DNA of 64,000 nucleotides from Haplodiscus bocki. Taxonomy: Eukaryota. This document shows positions 52,101-64,000 of this stretch, in pieces. The notes below the pieces were generated by a model. It searched no databases. It was not told the origin of the DNA and was given only the letters and a program-made list of their open reading frames with translations. The stretch's first letter is position 1. Every line of letters begins with the position of its first letter. The stretch covers positions 50,902,001-50,966,000 of the forward strand of contig OZ296654.1 in the NCBI GenBank assembly GCA_965655095.1, read 5' to 3'. A program made the translations under genes and the position numbers.

Positions 52101-55100
52101 GTCAAGAAGCATGTGGTACCACGATGGATATAGTAAAAATTTGCAGAAAAATTTAGTCTATTGTATTATTGCCTTGTCTCCTAATTGCACCCTTCCAATA
52201 GAGATGGAGTTTGTGCAATGAAAAAATCACATAGGATGAAATGACTCTAAAGACAATTCAAAGTTTGCTGTTACTTTCGCTAGCGCCTGTTGGAATATTC
52301 AAGGCCTCACTAAAAACTAAAGTTCCCAAGATGAGCCCATGATACACACAAGAATGTTACCACGTTTCAATTGCATTAACCGTTATTCAAACAAGGTAGT
52401 GGACTTACTAGGCCTGGTCATGAAAAAAGGAAAACACAGCCCAGCCACCAACAACAATTAATGGGGCCGTCGAAACTCTGAAAACCAAACTGTTGAAAAA
52501 ATCAAATAATCCGAAGCCGCAGAACATGAGACTATGGACTAACGACCATAACTAACAACCCATGGACCACAAAGAAGCAGCCTTGCGTATCGTGGGCATA
52601 AATGTGGCAGCTTCGCAAATTTCTTCCCTTCGAACGAAAAACCAGAAGATGCCCAATTTATGGACAGCACCCCTAAGCCAAAATGATAGTATAAAAAACA
52701 GACCCCAGAGGCAACCAGGTGAAGGCTATCACGTCCTAGGGGACAAACACTGGGAGATAAGAATCAAGGTGTTCGCAGCATGACATACCTGCACTCGACG
52801 CTATCAACTCGGAGTTTCGGAAAATCATTCAGTAACCAAAAATTTGCCAAAACAGCAGAGGGCGGAAGGCAAACTTAATCCTATAATATGACTGGAGGAA
52901 CACGGGGCTTAACCCCGAACCTCGTTTAACCCTTGTTCTGAAGCACTACAACGTTGAGACTATTTGAGTAATTGGAGAACCGTAATAAATGAATAAAAGA
53001 ACTCAACTTGACATTGAAGGACCTGATAAGAGCCGGAAACTGGACGCAATTGCGACAGAAAGCCATTTGCTTCGACAGAACATCACCAGGCAGATGATAC
53101 ACAAGTTTCGGAAGCAATCACTGGACGCCTCCGAAAATTCTGCGGAAGAGCGATATGAAAGTGAAATATACAGACTTCACAGGTATCCGAAATGTATGTG
53201 TTAAGCAATGGATCATGATATCACACATAAGATTGAGGCTCTCTAGCCGTCCAAGGAAGACCCGAATAATAATCTACTTAGAAGCTGAATTTGAGAGGTT
53301 TCTCAACTTGAGTAAAGTTTTATCAGAAAACAGGACATTCGAACATGTTCTACAACTTTGGAGTGCATCAACAACAAATTTATATGGGCGTCAGCCAAGC
53401 CCAAACAGAAAACCATTTCACTTCGGTTGCTCCTTGACATTTTTCTTGATGACGTCAATGTTTCCTTCCTTTTTGGAGATTGAATTGAAACGCAATTTAT
53501 CAGGCACTAAGTTTTTTCATGTTTTCGACCTGTCAAGGTACTGAGCTTTTCGAATACATTCGGATCACAAAAACATTAGATACTAGCGAAAAGTGTATGA
53601 CGTGAGAAACTATTTGGTTGAACAGTACCGAACGAAAGGCTGTGTCAAAGGACCCTGCGGTTGTTACACTGGTGGTGCGGTAAGTTGGCTGTTCCTGAAC
53701 GTTTTACTGTCGGCTGTCAGTAATTTTTCAGCTGATAGATTGTTAGTCATTTCTTCCTTTTCTTTCTCTTCTTTTTCTTCCAATGAATCAGCGCCAGTTT
53801 CTGGAACTTTGATACTGTAGTTTTGAAAAATTCCTGTTTAATCGGAATGATGCGCCAGGTTTTGGTATAATCGTAGAAGTTAGTTTTAATCTCGTTCGAA
53901 ATCTACGGTTGCAAAGAGACGTTCGTCGTTTCTATGCGCAATCCTTGTTTCAATCGATACTTCAGGCACAACGACACTGCTCCAACGAATGCGTCATCCT
54001 TCCAGGTGGTTGTGTTGAACACGAAATCCCACCATGAATGCTTTCCCCTACAATGGTTTTAGCCGAACTCTCTTCTTCATGTATTGGTAGTTTCTGAAGT
54101 GGGTTAAGTTGGGATGGTACGGCTACTACGATACTATGTGGAACTTTAAAGCTTTAAAGATGCCCCTGTACTTCTCACCAAACGAATGACTAGTGGTATA
54201 GTTGTTTCTTTGCTGTTTGCGAATTAACAATTTCCGGTCGATGTTGGGAATATGAAAGAAATTGTTGGCATTTTGACGTCCCATGACGTGTTACGTTCGT
54301 GCCAAAATGTTCTCGCTTATAGGTGGTTGCTCTGTAGTTGGTTTGTTAATCGTGTCTATGTGATCCAGATTTCAGTCAATTGAGGTTCCAAACTTTTATT
54401 CCGAAATCCTCACTTCGCCAAACGATACCAAAATTTTGATTGCGATAACAGGAGGTGAACCAATGTTCACCAGTAGTAAAATTGAAAACGTCCTCCGGCG
54501 AACTCGATGAAATTTTGAGCCATGACTGCTTTGAAGGAATCTTGGTCACTATGACCTCCAAAAATTTGAGCAAACTCTAATGTTGGTTTTAATCCTCGTT
54601 GGTGGCTGCTGTAAGCATGATGCAGAAGTCCATATCCTCTTGCACAGCTTCTCCTATGGCTCCTGCGATTTCATACTTGTCTATCAATTTTTTCGACTAG
54701 ATAATATGGCACAAGCAATATTCAATTCCGGATACGAATCAGGCTGGAAATTGTTGATTGCTGTTTTGAATGAAACCAAGATCTCTAAAACATAATCGAA
54801 ACCAAACCCGTTTTGGCGACCTTCCCTGATTTCTGAGCAGGCCTCTTCGGGGGTCTTGGTCCTTCACTAACCTTGTAATTCTGGTTTAAATGAGTTATTG
54901 GGTTGTTGTTTCTCACTTTGATAGGTTAGCTGAAAATCGAAGTGACTTCACAAATTTTTGATCCTCTGCGTTTTGGCGATTATGCAGTGACTCTCACTTG
55001 CGGGTCGGCTGCTGCTATACCTGCTTTGGTTGAAGGAGTACACCTCTTACAGCAAATGTTTCTGGAGTTCTCTGCAACTGGTTACAATGGAGTTTTGATG

Positions 55101-56427
55101 CATTAATTTCACGGACGCATTGGAAATGTTTGTTTGCAAACGTGCAACCAGGACAATTTTTTTCTGTGCAGCGCATTGCTTAACCGTGATTGATGCTGGA
55201 TTTCCTCGGTAAATGGAACGATAACGGATGCATACGACGATTGGCAGTGAATTCTAGTTCTTGTATGCGTTGCATTTGCACATTCTCTTACACTCTCCAA
55301 TTTCAGAAGAATTAGAATCTGATGCCTCGGTCCTTGATGTCACCACGGCTAATACGAAGTATCTCGCTGAGAAAGGGAGCATTCAATTGATGGGTTGAAG
55401 AAGCTTGTTGATTTGAATTTTGTCGGCGGTAGCTACTCAAAAGAGTTTTGTACTTTTTTTTCACGTTGAGTTTTCTTGAATATTAGATCTGACGCTTCTG
55501 AACGGTTTTTGGTGGAGATAGAAAACTTGTTGCTGGCATATTTTGTCTAAGCTGAGTGATGTTCCGGCGGACTAACTTAGGAACTTATTGTTGTTATTGC
55601 AAAAAGATCTACAACATACTCCAGATCAAAATCGACGTCTCCTGTAGCAAACTCGACATTTACGTAAGCTGACGGGAGCAATTTTTCTTGTGGTGTCATG
55701 AGCACGTATGGCAAGAATTCAGCCGAGTTGTGCTTGGCAATTTGCGTGATTCAGATGAACTGATTGCACTTTATTGTCTATTTCTGGTGAAGAGCTTTGA
55801 ATCAACTTTTTTCAAAAATTTCTTTTCATTTCTAGGAAAACGACAGGCAACAGCTATCGTAGGAAGTTGAAGAACAAAAACCCAAAGTTATATAGGTTCA
55901 AACATTGCTGCTTCGAGAAAAAGTTTTTGGTGCGTTCGATGATATTTTTCTTTTATATGTTCGGAAAACTTTGTGCAGAAGCGTTTTCTAATAAATATAA
56001 CGTTTCTCAGCACTACTGCCTTCAAAATATTGAGTAAAATTTTATCATATTTTGATTTTACTAAGTAGCGGCTGCAATGTACTCACTAAAAAGCCAGTCA
56101 GAAGCTTATGCATTACTCGAATGATGGAAATATTTTACCCTTCTTTCATAATTAGACTGCCAAACATTTTTCCTGAATTGGTGGCTCTGAAAGTTCAAGC
56201 GTTTCCACTTTTAAACTAGTATTAGAACAAGTGTGAACCAGCAAGTAGTGTTGCATGAATTATGCGTACAATTTTATGAGTTACCAAACATTGTTTCAAT
56301 GATTTAATGTAGAAGAAACCTGCTACCAGTCCTCGTAGCATAACCGCGGGTGACAGCCGATCCATTTCGAACAACAGAAAATCCTCAGCTCCCCCGATCG
56401 TTCACTAGGGTGCGACTATCCTTGGTA

Positions 56428-56965
56428 GGTTCCAGAGAGGAGCGGGAATCAATCACGCGGATTATTAACATGACGTGACTCTTAGGTTTAGTCTCTACGT
56501 TCTTAAAAACAGAATTCACCACGTGAAATTGAGTTTTGCTTCATCCTGGTGGTGAGTGTAGATTCACTCACTAGTGGAAAACGTTATTTCCTAGGGAATG
56601 TGAAATATTAGTTTTAAGACCATTAGTACAAAATCTATCATCGTAAATTTAGGTGTTCATTGGTCCATTCGCTAATTGATTCTCAATTTATGTTAGTTTA
56701 TGTTGATGGTATCGCGGAAGAAAGGGGCGCGCATAATGATTTTAAGGTTCCACATTGCTTATTTGCCTGCTCAGCATGCTGAAAATTTTGGGATTTTGTT
56801 TTTTTTCGAATTTTTCAAACCATGTAAAGTTCATCAATGCTGTAAAATTTGTATTGTCAAGGCCCAACCTTAGGTCTCCCTAGCAGTAAATGATTAATAC
56901 AAAGTTTTACATGAATAACTTTTGTCTGTTCATCAGATGATCCTCCAGCTATATCTTGCCAGGAT
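56428..56965 (+). repeat. Dispersed repeat, GGTTCCAGAG family, abutting Polinton 2
   Basis: Same motifs as 48700-49150. Confidence 0.65.
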
Positions 56966-57559
56966 AGTAGTTTAAAATAAGGCATTTGACGCCAAAAGAC
57001 GCGGACGCACCCGTCAACAAAAACTAAAAATTCAAAAATACATAGCAGAGTCCCTACACAGGGGTATAAATATAGAATAAAATAAAATAAAAAATAACCA
57101 CTTATCAATGGGGTAGCACAGGCTATAATAAAATTTAGGTGAAATTGTATATTTAAGTGAAATTATAAAATTATGTTAATTTATAAAGTAATGATAAATT
57201 AAAAAATTTTGTTGAACTATAAAATTAAAATTTAAAAATTAGGTGAAATTGTGAAAGTAGGTGAAATTATAAAATTATGGTAAATCATAGAATTATGTTA
57301 AGTTATAAACTTATGTTAAATTATCCTATATCAAGGATGTGTAAGAATAATCTAAAAAATAATATAAAATATACAAATACCCTGTGTAGGGACTCTGCTA
57401 TGTATTTTTTAATATTTAATTTTTGTTGAAGGGTCCGCTCCTTGTCTTCTGACTTCAAATGCCTTCCTGTACACTGTTATTTGTGAAATTATAAAATTAT
57501 ATTGAGTTAGAACTAAAATTGAATTTATTGAATTTGTAAAGTTAAGTGAAATTAAAAAA

Positions 57560-58056
57560 TCACATACAATTTTTAGTTTTTAAGATTGAACCATTTCCGA
57601 GATGCAAATTGAAAAGGATTTTCCACATCATTGCCTGAATTTTCTACATACTCTCAATTTTTTTAAGGTTCCTCTAAAAAACTGTGTATGACACATCGTT
57701 GTTTGGAACTTTGGAAAATAACCTATGTTTATCTATTGTAAATGCGAATAAAATTTTACTGTTAGTTTGTTTATTTGATAAAAACTAAAACCATTTTGTC
57801 TAGCAACTTTTAATGTTTTATTTAAGTCTAACAAATTCATGCTTTTATCAGAAAGTGTTAAAATGAATATTTCATTAGTAGTGACATTTTTAAGTTTAAT
57901 GTCGTAAATAAATTCATATATAAAATTATGAAAACATTTATTGTGACAATCTCTATAACAACTATTAAACATAGAATCTGTTTTAGTAATGAGTGGGTTA
58001 TCAAATTTATATTCTTTATAACCTATATTTCGTTTTCGATCATTTACTAGTAACAA
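57560..58056 (-). pseudogene. Accessory ORF, weakly similar to 40320-40730 of element 1
   Basis: INKLTVKFYSHL...Y..FQTTMCH compared with DEIKTISISDL...YMDQPKSMLC. Confidence 0.4.
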
Positions 58057-58212
58057 AATATTTGAAATTAAAAAATCTTTTCAATAAAATCATCTCAAAA
58101 GGACTACAATTGGAAAAAAACTCATAATCCTAATGATAATCAACACCAACTCAAAGATACACATGTCCAACATATTTACATTTCAAAATACATACACAGA
58201 GCCATATTTTTT

Positions 58213-61200
58213 TTATTTCCAGGGTAAACTTTTAATAATAATTTCATAACATCATTTATCATCGAATATAGATAATGTTGATTTGTTTAATTTTTGAAAA
58301 TACGTTTCATGGTTAAATGAACGAAGAATGTAAGTATCACATTCTTTTTGATATTTCTCTCCATCTAAACGTTTTCTATTTTCTTGAAATTAATTATGTT
58401 TTGATTGAGATTTAGAAATACTTTTTAATTTGTTTTTAATATCATCTCCACATTTAAACGAATACGTCTCACTTCTTAGACAACAAATTCATCTATCCAA
58501 TTATTCTGACGTGTTTCGTTTTTGGATTTTCCTTTTACTTTTTTGTTTTTATTACTAAACAATTCATGACTCTCATCTAGGTTACTGAACTCTAACATAT
58601 CTTCCAATTTTTGAAGTCTTTGATAATATCTTCTGTATTCACACTGAATACAGTTGCATCGATATCTATATAGTGTAATTGAAAGTTTTCCTGTCCAAAA
58701 TACGGTTGTAATTTATCATAATATGTCTCATACATGTGTAACTTACTTAATTCTAGTACAGCAAACCCCAAATAAATTGGTTTATCCAGCTTAACATAAT
58801 TTTGTCTAAATTAATAACTGTCACAATTTTCATATGATTTAGGAATTCCAGCGAAAGTCAATTTAGACTGTTGCCTTATAATTTTTTTAAATTCATAGTT
58901 TTTAATAAACTCTAGTCTCAAACGATTAAGTACATTTTCGATCGTTTTACCGTAAAATGGGTAATTAAGTAATTTATAGAAGTCTTTTTCAATATCATTT
59001 TCAGCCTATTTTCTTTTTTGTGTATCAAAACTTATAAATGTTTCTAACCACTTATTCTGTTTAAACGAAATTATCTCATGAATTTTATAAACTACCATAC
59101 CATGTCTAACATAAATTTTCAACATCTTCTAAAGAACCAAATAATTCTTTCTATCTGTCCAATCACATATTAGTTTTTTAGCCTTTGCACAGTTGTTAAG
59201 CTGTACATTTTCGTATAATCAATTTACTGAGCGCTAGGAACAGTATTATTTTCAAAACAAAATGGAAAATTCTTTGTGTTTTGTTTCATATTTTCAGGAT
59301 AACTTAAATCAACTTCAATAAATTAATCAATACCATTATCATAGAGAGTATTTAAAATTGCTTCTAATTTATGCATATAAAGATCTGGATGACCATGCCA
59401 CATCTCAATTTCATCATAAGTTAAAGTTTGAATCATAGAATGTCCATATATATTAGTAGCATCCATATAATTTATCTTTTTATTTTACTCTGATTTTACA
59501 TAACGATCTCCCATTAGAGAGCTTATGCCACCACGTATATTATTTTCTAATGTTAAATTTAAATCTTTATCCACAAGCGTTTGTAAGTTTCTTCCTGTAT
59601 ATCTTAGACCACATTGTTTTGTATAACCTGGTAGAGAAACACGATACGAAGGGCTGATACCAAATTCGTTAATTGATACCTTTTTAAACTTCTCAAACAC
59701 ACATGCAATTAATAAAACATCACTTTTCAATTATAGATGTGTTATATCTTCTCCATTTTTAATTTTAAACAATTTGATAACTTCTTCTGTTCTTCTCAAT
59801 TCTTCATCACAAGGTTGATCGTTTTTTAATTTACTGAAGAAGACTTTTTTCTTTAAATTGTCAACAGCTTTTTGATAATCATCAAGAGTATTGAAAATTT
59901 CATATGTTTATGCTATTTTTTAACAAAATAAGTCCACTTAAAATCAGGAAGTTCTGTTTTTAACATTTTAGGATCATTTTTTCCCGTATATTTAAGTAAA
60001 GGTTTTTCTAATATTATAGTTCCTTCTGTAAATTTTTTTATATCTTTAACAGACTCATTATTATACCTATCTTCTTTAATTAATATTTTTATTTCATTAA
60101 CAATATTTAATAGTTCATCATTATCAACAATTTTTTCTTTCAAATTTTTCAGTGTTTTTTGACTATTATTAACTAATGTTTTAACTAATGAATCTAAGAT
60201 TTTTGACAGAAATCGATAACTATCTTTAAATCCAATACAAGCATATGTAACGGAATTACATTCTTCATTTGTTTTAGGTATAACTTTAAATTTTACTTTA
60301 TCTTTTTTTTATCAACTAACTTTTTGAAAAGTAGATGAAAGTCATAAATACTAAAATTGTGAAACATAAAAGGTATGAAAGTACTTTTATCTTGAGTAAC
60401 ATTATTATTACATTTACTATGAGCTAGACCTCTGTTTTTACCAGTCAAGTGACAACGATCTCTAACTTTACCAGATTCATTAATTGTCTCACAAAAACGG
60501 CAAACATTGTTTTTTCTTTATTCTTCTCCATCTTTCTGTGTCATAATGATATCTTTCTGAGTTTTTTTAAAGCAGAAAACCTCTTTATTCTCTAATTTTA
60601 TATTCTCCTTAACAAACCAATCTACATGATCACATCCTCAAGGAGATTTATAATTACCACTTCTTAAAACATCTTTTCGTTCTGATTCTATATGATTACC
60701 ATTAAGTACCGGATTTTGCTTATAAATATCAGTTGCTTTATCACCTGTTTCAGAATTATGAATTGCATTTTCAGCTTCAAAATCTGCATAGATCCTAAAA
60801 TATAATGGATTCTTATGAAAATGATCTTCCGAATGAAGATGTGCTTCAAGTGATTTTCTAATAGTGGTTATATCATTATTTTCACATTTTGGTTTAAGTA
60901 TCATTAACACATTTTCACTTGTATATGAATTCAAACATCGTCTACATAAAAATTTTTGTGATGATCTCCTAAAGATACATTTAATATTTAAATGAGAGCA
61001 TAATGAATTCTATAGATTGTTAGGCCAATAACTCTATTTTAGTCGGTTTTTTTGATTTCTATAGGAATTAAATTATGTTTCCATCTGTTTTGATCTTGAT
61101 AAAAGTTTAATTCAAAACTGTTAATGGATACTTTAATTCATTTTTCAATTATTTGACCATCACTACACTTAAATCCATTTGTAAAAGCAAAAACTTCAAT

Positions 61201-62096
61201 GTTTAATTCATCAAAATATTGAAATATTTGTATATAATTTCTTACTCTTGATGGATGACTGTTTTCTCAAGGATGTAAATAAGCTAAAATTGACCATAAG
61301 AAACAATAAATAGCCTTATTTTCTAAATTCAAAATAGCGTTTGATCCTAAAGGATTTTTAACATAACTCGATCCGTTTAATTCTCATGTTTTATAAAATC
61401 TGATTTTCATTGAACTAAATTCATGAAATATCCAACCTGATGCCTTTTTTTCTTGAATTTGAAATGGATGTTCTAAATGAGATTTAACATCAATATTATT
61501 AATATCAGACTCTGTTAAACTATATTTAATATTCAAATTATTAAATAATTCAGTTTCATCAATGTTCTGATCTTCTTCAATAATCTTATAAAAGCTAGCT
61601 GAAAGTAATATATGTTATTTGAATTTATATTGATCCATTAATCTAGAGTAAAAAGTTGCCATCTCTTTTACGATTTTATTAATACATCTTGTTTCAATAC
61701 CGAAAACTGGATAAATTGGTGTAATGGTTAAGATAGAATTTGCATGATTAATTTTATGACTTTCTAGAATAATTTTGAAACCTAGTTTTAAATTTTTATT
61801 AATAAATTGTTATGGATTTATCATCTTTTCAGTTAATGCTTTTTCTAATTTTCTATGATTTATTTTGATATTTTCTTTAGCTATCGGTTTTAAAGTTTTA
61901 GCGTTGTGTATCTTTTTTTTGTTGATAGGTTCTTGCTCTTCTTTATATAACCATTCTGGTATAATTTCATCAGTTTGTCTCTTATTCTCCAAATGGTTTT
62001 TTAATTCTCAAGTTTTTTTGCATAGATGCTCTTTGATCATGAACAATACACATTTCACAGTTGCAATATTTCACAACAATTGCAGCTGTTTTTCAT
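58213..62096 (-). pseudogene. Protein-primed family B DNA polymerase (pPolB), element 2
   Basis: DATNIYGHSM, KLLNYPFYGK, YIDIDA (degenerate DTDS), KSDVLL..VFEKF, NNIRGGISS; colinear with element 1 pPolB. Confidence 0.93.
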
Positions 62097-62169
62097 TTTT
62101 GCAGTTCTATTTATGTAGTATTATTTATTTTGAATTAAAAAACACTTCAAATAAAAATATGATAAAGAA

Positions 62170-62469
62170 ATGGAAAGAAAAATTTGCACTCATTGTTATG
62201 TGGAAAATATGTTTGCAGGTTTTAGCAACAAACATACAGAATGTAAAATTTGTAATAGTAATAGAGTTTTGAAATGTTATCATGAAAACAAAGGTAAAAT
62301 ATCAAATCAACGAAAACTATATTATGAAAAAAAAGGTATAAACTATTACAAAAACAAAAAATTAGATATATAAATTATAAACAATTACGTAGGTCCTATG
62401 TTGAATTACAAAAGAAACTAAAAGCAATGGAAGAAAAATTCACACTAAACAAGTCAGAAATCAAATAAA
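62170..62469 (+). pseudogene. Small Zn-finger protein (CxxC...CxxC + basic helix)
   Basis: CTHC...CKIC...YHENKGKISNQRKLYY. Confidence 0.6.
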
Positions 62470-63298
62470 CTTTTTGTAAACGAAATTTATAGCAAACCGG
62501 CCAGAAAGCATTATCCCTCACACAAAACTGATGTAGTCATATCGATGCCATTTGGTCTTTGTATTTTTTAGACCTCAAAGATTATGGTCCTGGAAATAAT
62601 AGAGGATATAGATATGTTTTAGTTATCAAAAACAATTTCTCAAAATTTGTTTGGACAGTCCCTCTCGAAAATCAAAATGCTCAAACAATAAAAGACTCTT
62701 TCGGAAATATTCTCAAAAGTTCAAAAAGAAACCAAAGTTAATCGCAACAGATCGAGGTAAGGAATTTTATAACAGTTTTATTGAAAATATCCTAATTAAC
62801 AATAACATTAAGCATTATTCTGGAAACACATCCTTAGGAGCTGTTTTTGCGGAAAGATTCAATTGTACTATAAGAGATCTTCCTAAAAAACCTGTTTTTG
62901 AGAAAGTTAATTGGAATTAGGTTGATGTTTTATCAATAACACACAAACAATAGAATAATAGAATTCATTTTTCTACTAAACTAACTCCTATCGAATCTTC
63001 TTTAAGAAAGAACGAAAGATATGTTTATCTTAATTTATTAGACAAACGGAAGAAAAAAAAACCAAAATTTCAAGTAAACAACCTCGTTTGAGTTGGTGAT
63101 CTAGGAAAAACGTTCTCAAAACGTGATACAACTAATTGGTCTTATTAAGTGTATAAAATTACAGGAATTATTAATGATACAATACCGAGTAATCGCATTG
63201 ATAAGTTACCAGAGCGTTATATCGAAGCCTTGTTGAAAAAGACTGAATTAGCAATGAAGGAAATTAAAGATGTTATGAAAGAATTAAATATCACTTAG
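62450..63298 (+). pseudogene. Retroviral-like (rve) integrase, element 2
   Basis: FSKFVWTVPL, IATDRGKEF, FAERFN; frameshifted. Confidence 0.92.
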
Positions 63299-64000
63299 AT
63301 CAAATCAAAATGTCTTTCTCCATCACTACTCACAGATAGTAATTTATTCTTTAATAGAAGAGCATATCCAACTAAATTTGTCGCTATCAGAACGGGAGGT
63401 CCGAAGTTAAACCTTACTTTGATAGGTGGGGCTGAACTATAATCTTGATGATGACGAATATCAAAAACATATAAAATGTAACCCGGATTACCATCTCTAT
63501 AAAAATTAGGAGTTAGAAAATACTTTTGTGTAATATATGGTTGTAAATTATTATCTTTAGCTAAATGTCTAAAACGGGAAACAATTTCACCATACGCCTG
63601 TGAATAATCATCAATAGCATATTTACAATTTATTCCTGCATCAGGGAATTTTTCACTGCCGATAATGAATTGAGCATTTACTACACTTCGTCTGTAATAG
63701 GTATCATTATTCTGATGTTGTTGATTGAATTGATCTCTTTGCATAAACCCCACTATTACACAAATGGGTATATCAACACCAACGCCTACACCCAGCTCGA
63801 AAGTCCAGTTAATTTCAGTGGTTACATCTTTCATATAAGATGATCTTTTAATATATGACACTCCCGTTGGAGCTTTAGATACAATATGTCCTAACATTAA
63901 TTTTTGCTTCCTTATACTTGTAGTTTAGTGTGAAACATACCTACTTATAACGTCTATAATAACTCCTCTTGCCAAAGCAAGATTTGCTGCATCCTTAGCT
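63295..64000 (-). pseudogene. Major capsid protein, C-terminal half (partial)
   Basis: P..VIVGFMQ, IGSEKFP, YSQAY, YILYVFDIRHH pattern of a Polinton MCP second jelly roll. Confidence 0.8.

Larger units (their letters stand above)
56966..64000. mobile_element. Maverick/Polinton element 2 (left part; truncated by the window end), decayed
   Basis: AGTAGT terminus, TIR motif identical to element 1, pPolB, integrase, major capsid protein; the expected TSD is CAGGAT (56960-56965). Confidence 0.95.

Noticed and set aside
52989-53204. P-loop NTPase remnant (IEGPDKSRK)
   Set aside because: Walker A is incomplete and no Walker B is seen. The 50500-55900 region looks like decayed coding DNA but could not be assigned.

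Overview
This is AT-rich, repeat-dense eukaryotic (probably invertebrate animal) DNA, not prokaryotic. Only one credible host coding exon is present: 7578-9311, a low-complexity protein with a C-terminal RRM-like domain. The window is dominated by mobile DNA. There are two decayed Maverick/Polinton elements: a near-complete one at 27094-41890 (about 590-bp TIRs, 6-bp TSD AAAGAG/AACGAG) and a second starting at 56966 that runs off the window. Also present are an internally deleted hAT transposon (13985-15422, 8-bp TSD), two probable solo LTRs (19181-20769 and 45316-47161), a degenerate ~175-bp satellite and dispersed repeats. Two signals are unexplained. (1) Each solo-LTR-like element carries three tandem structured modules in which short motifs stay fixed while stem sequences change but keep pairing, which suggests undescribed cis-acting RNA (or ssDNA) motifs. 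(2) Every Polinton end is itself a 400-510-bp inverted-repeat cassette (AGTAGT...ACTACT) with an internal copy of the terminus, a conserved 27-bp motif and, in element 1, a TIR-encoded micro-ORF. All calls come from reading the sequence by eye; no searches or folding programs were run.
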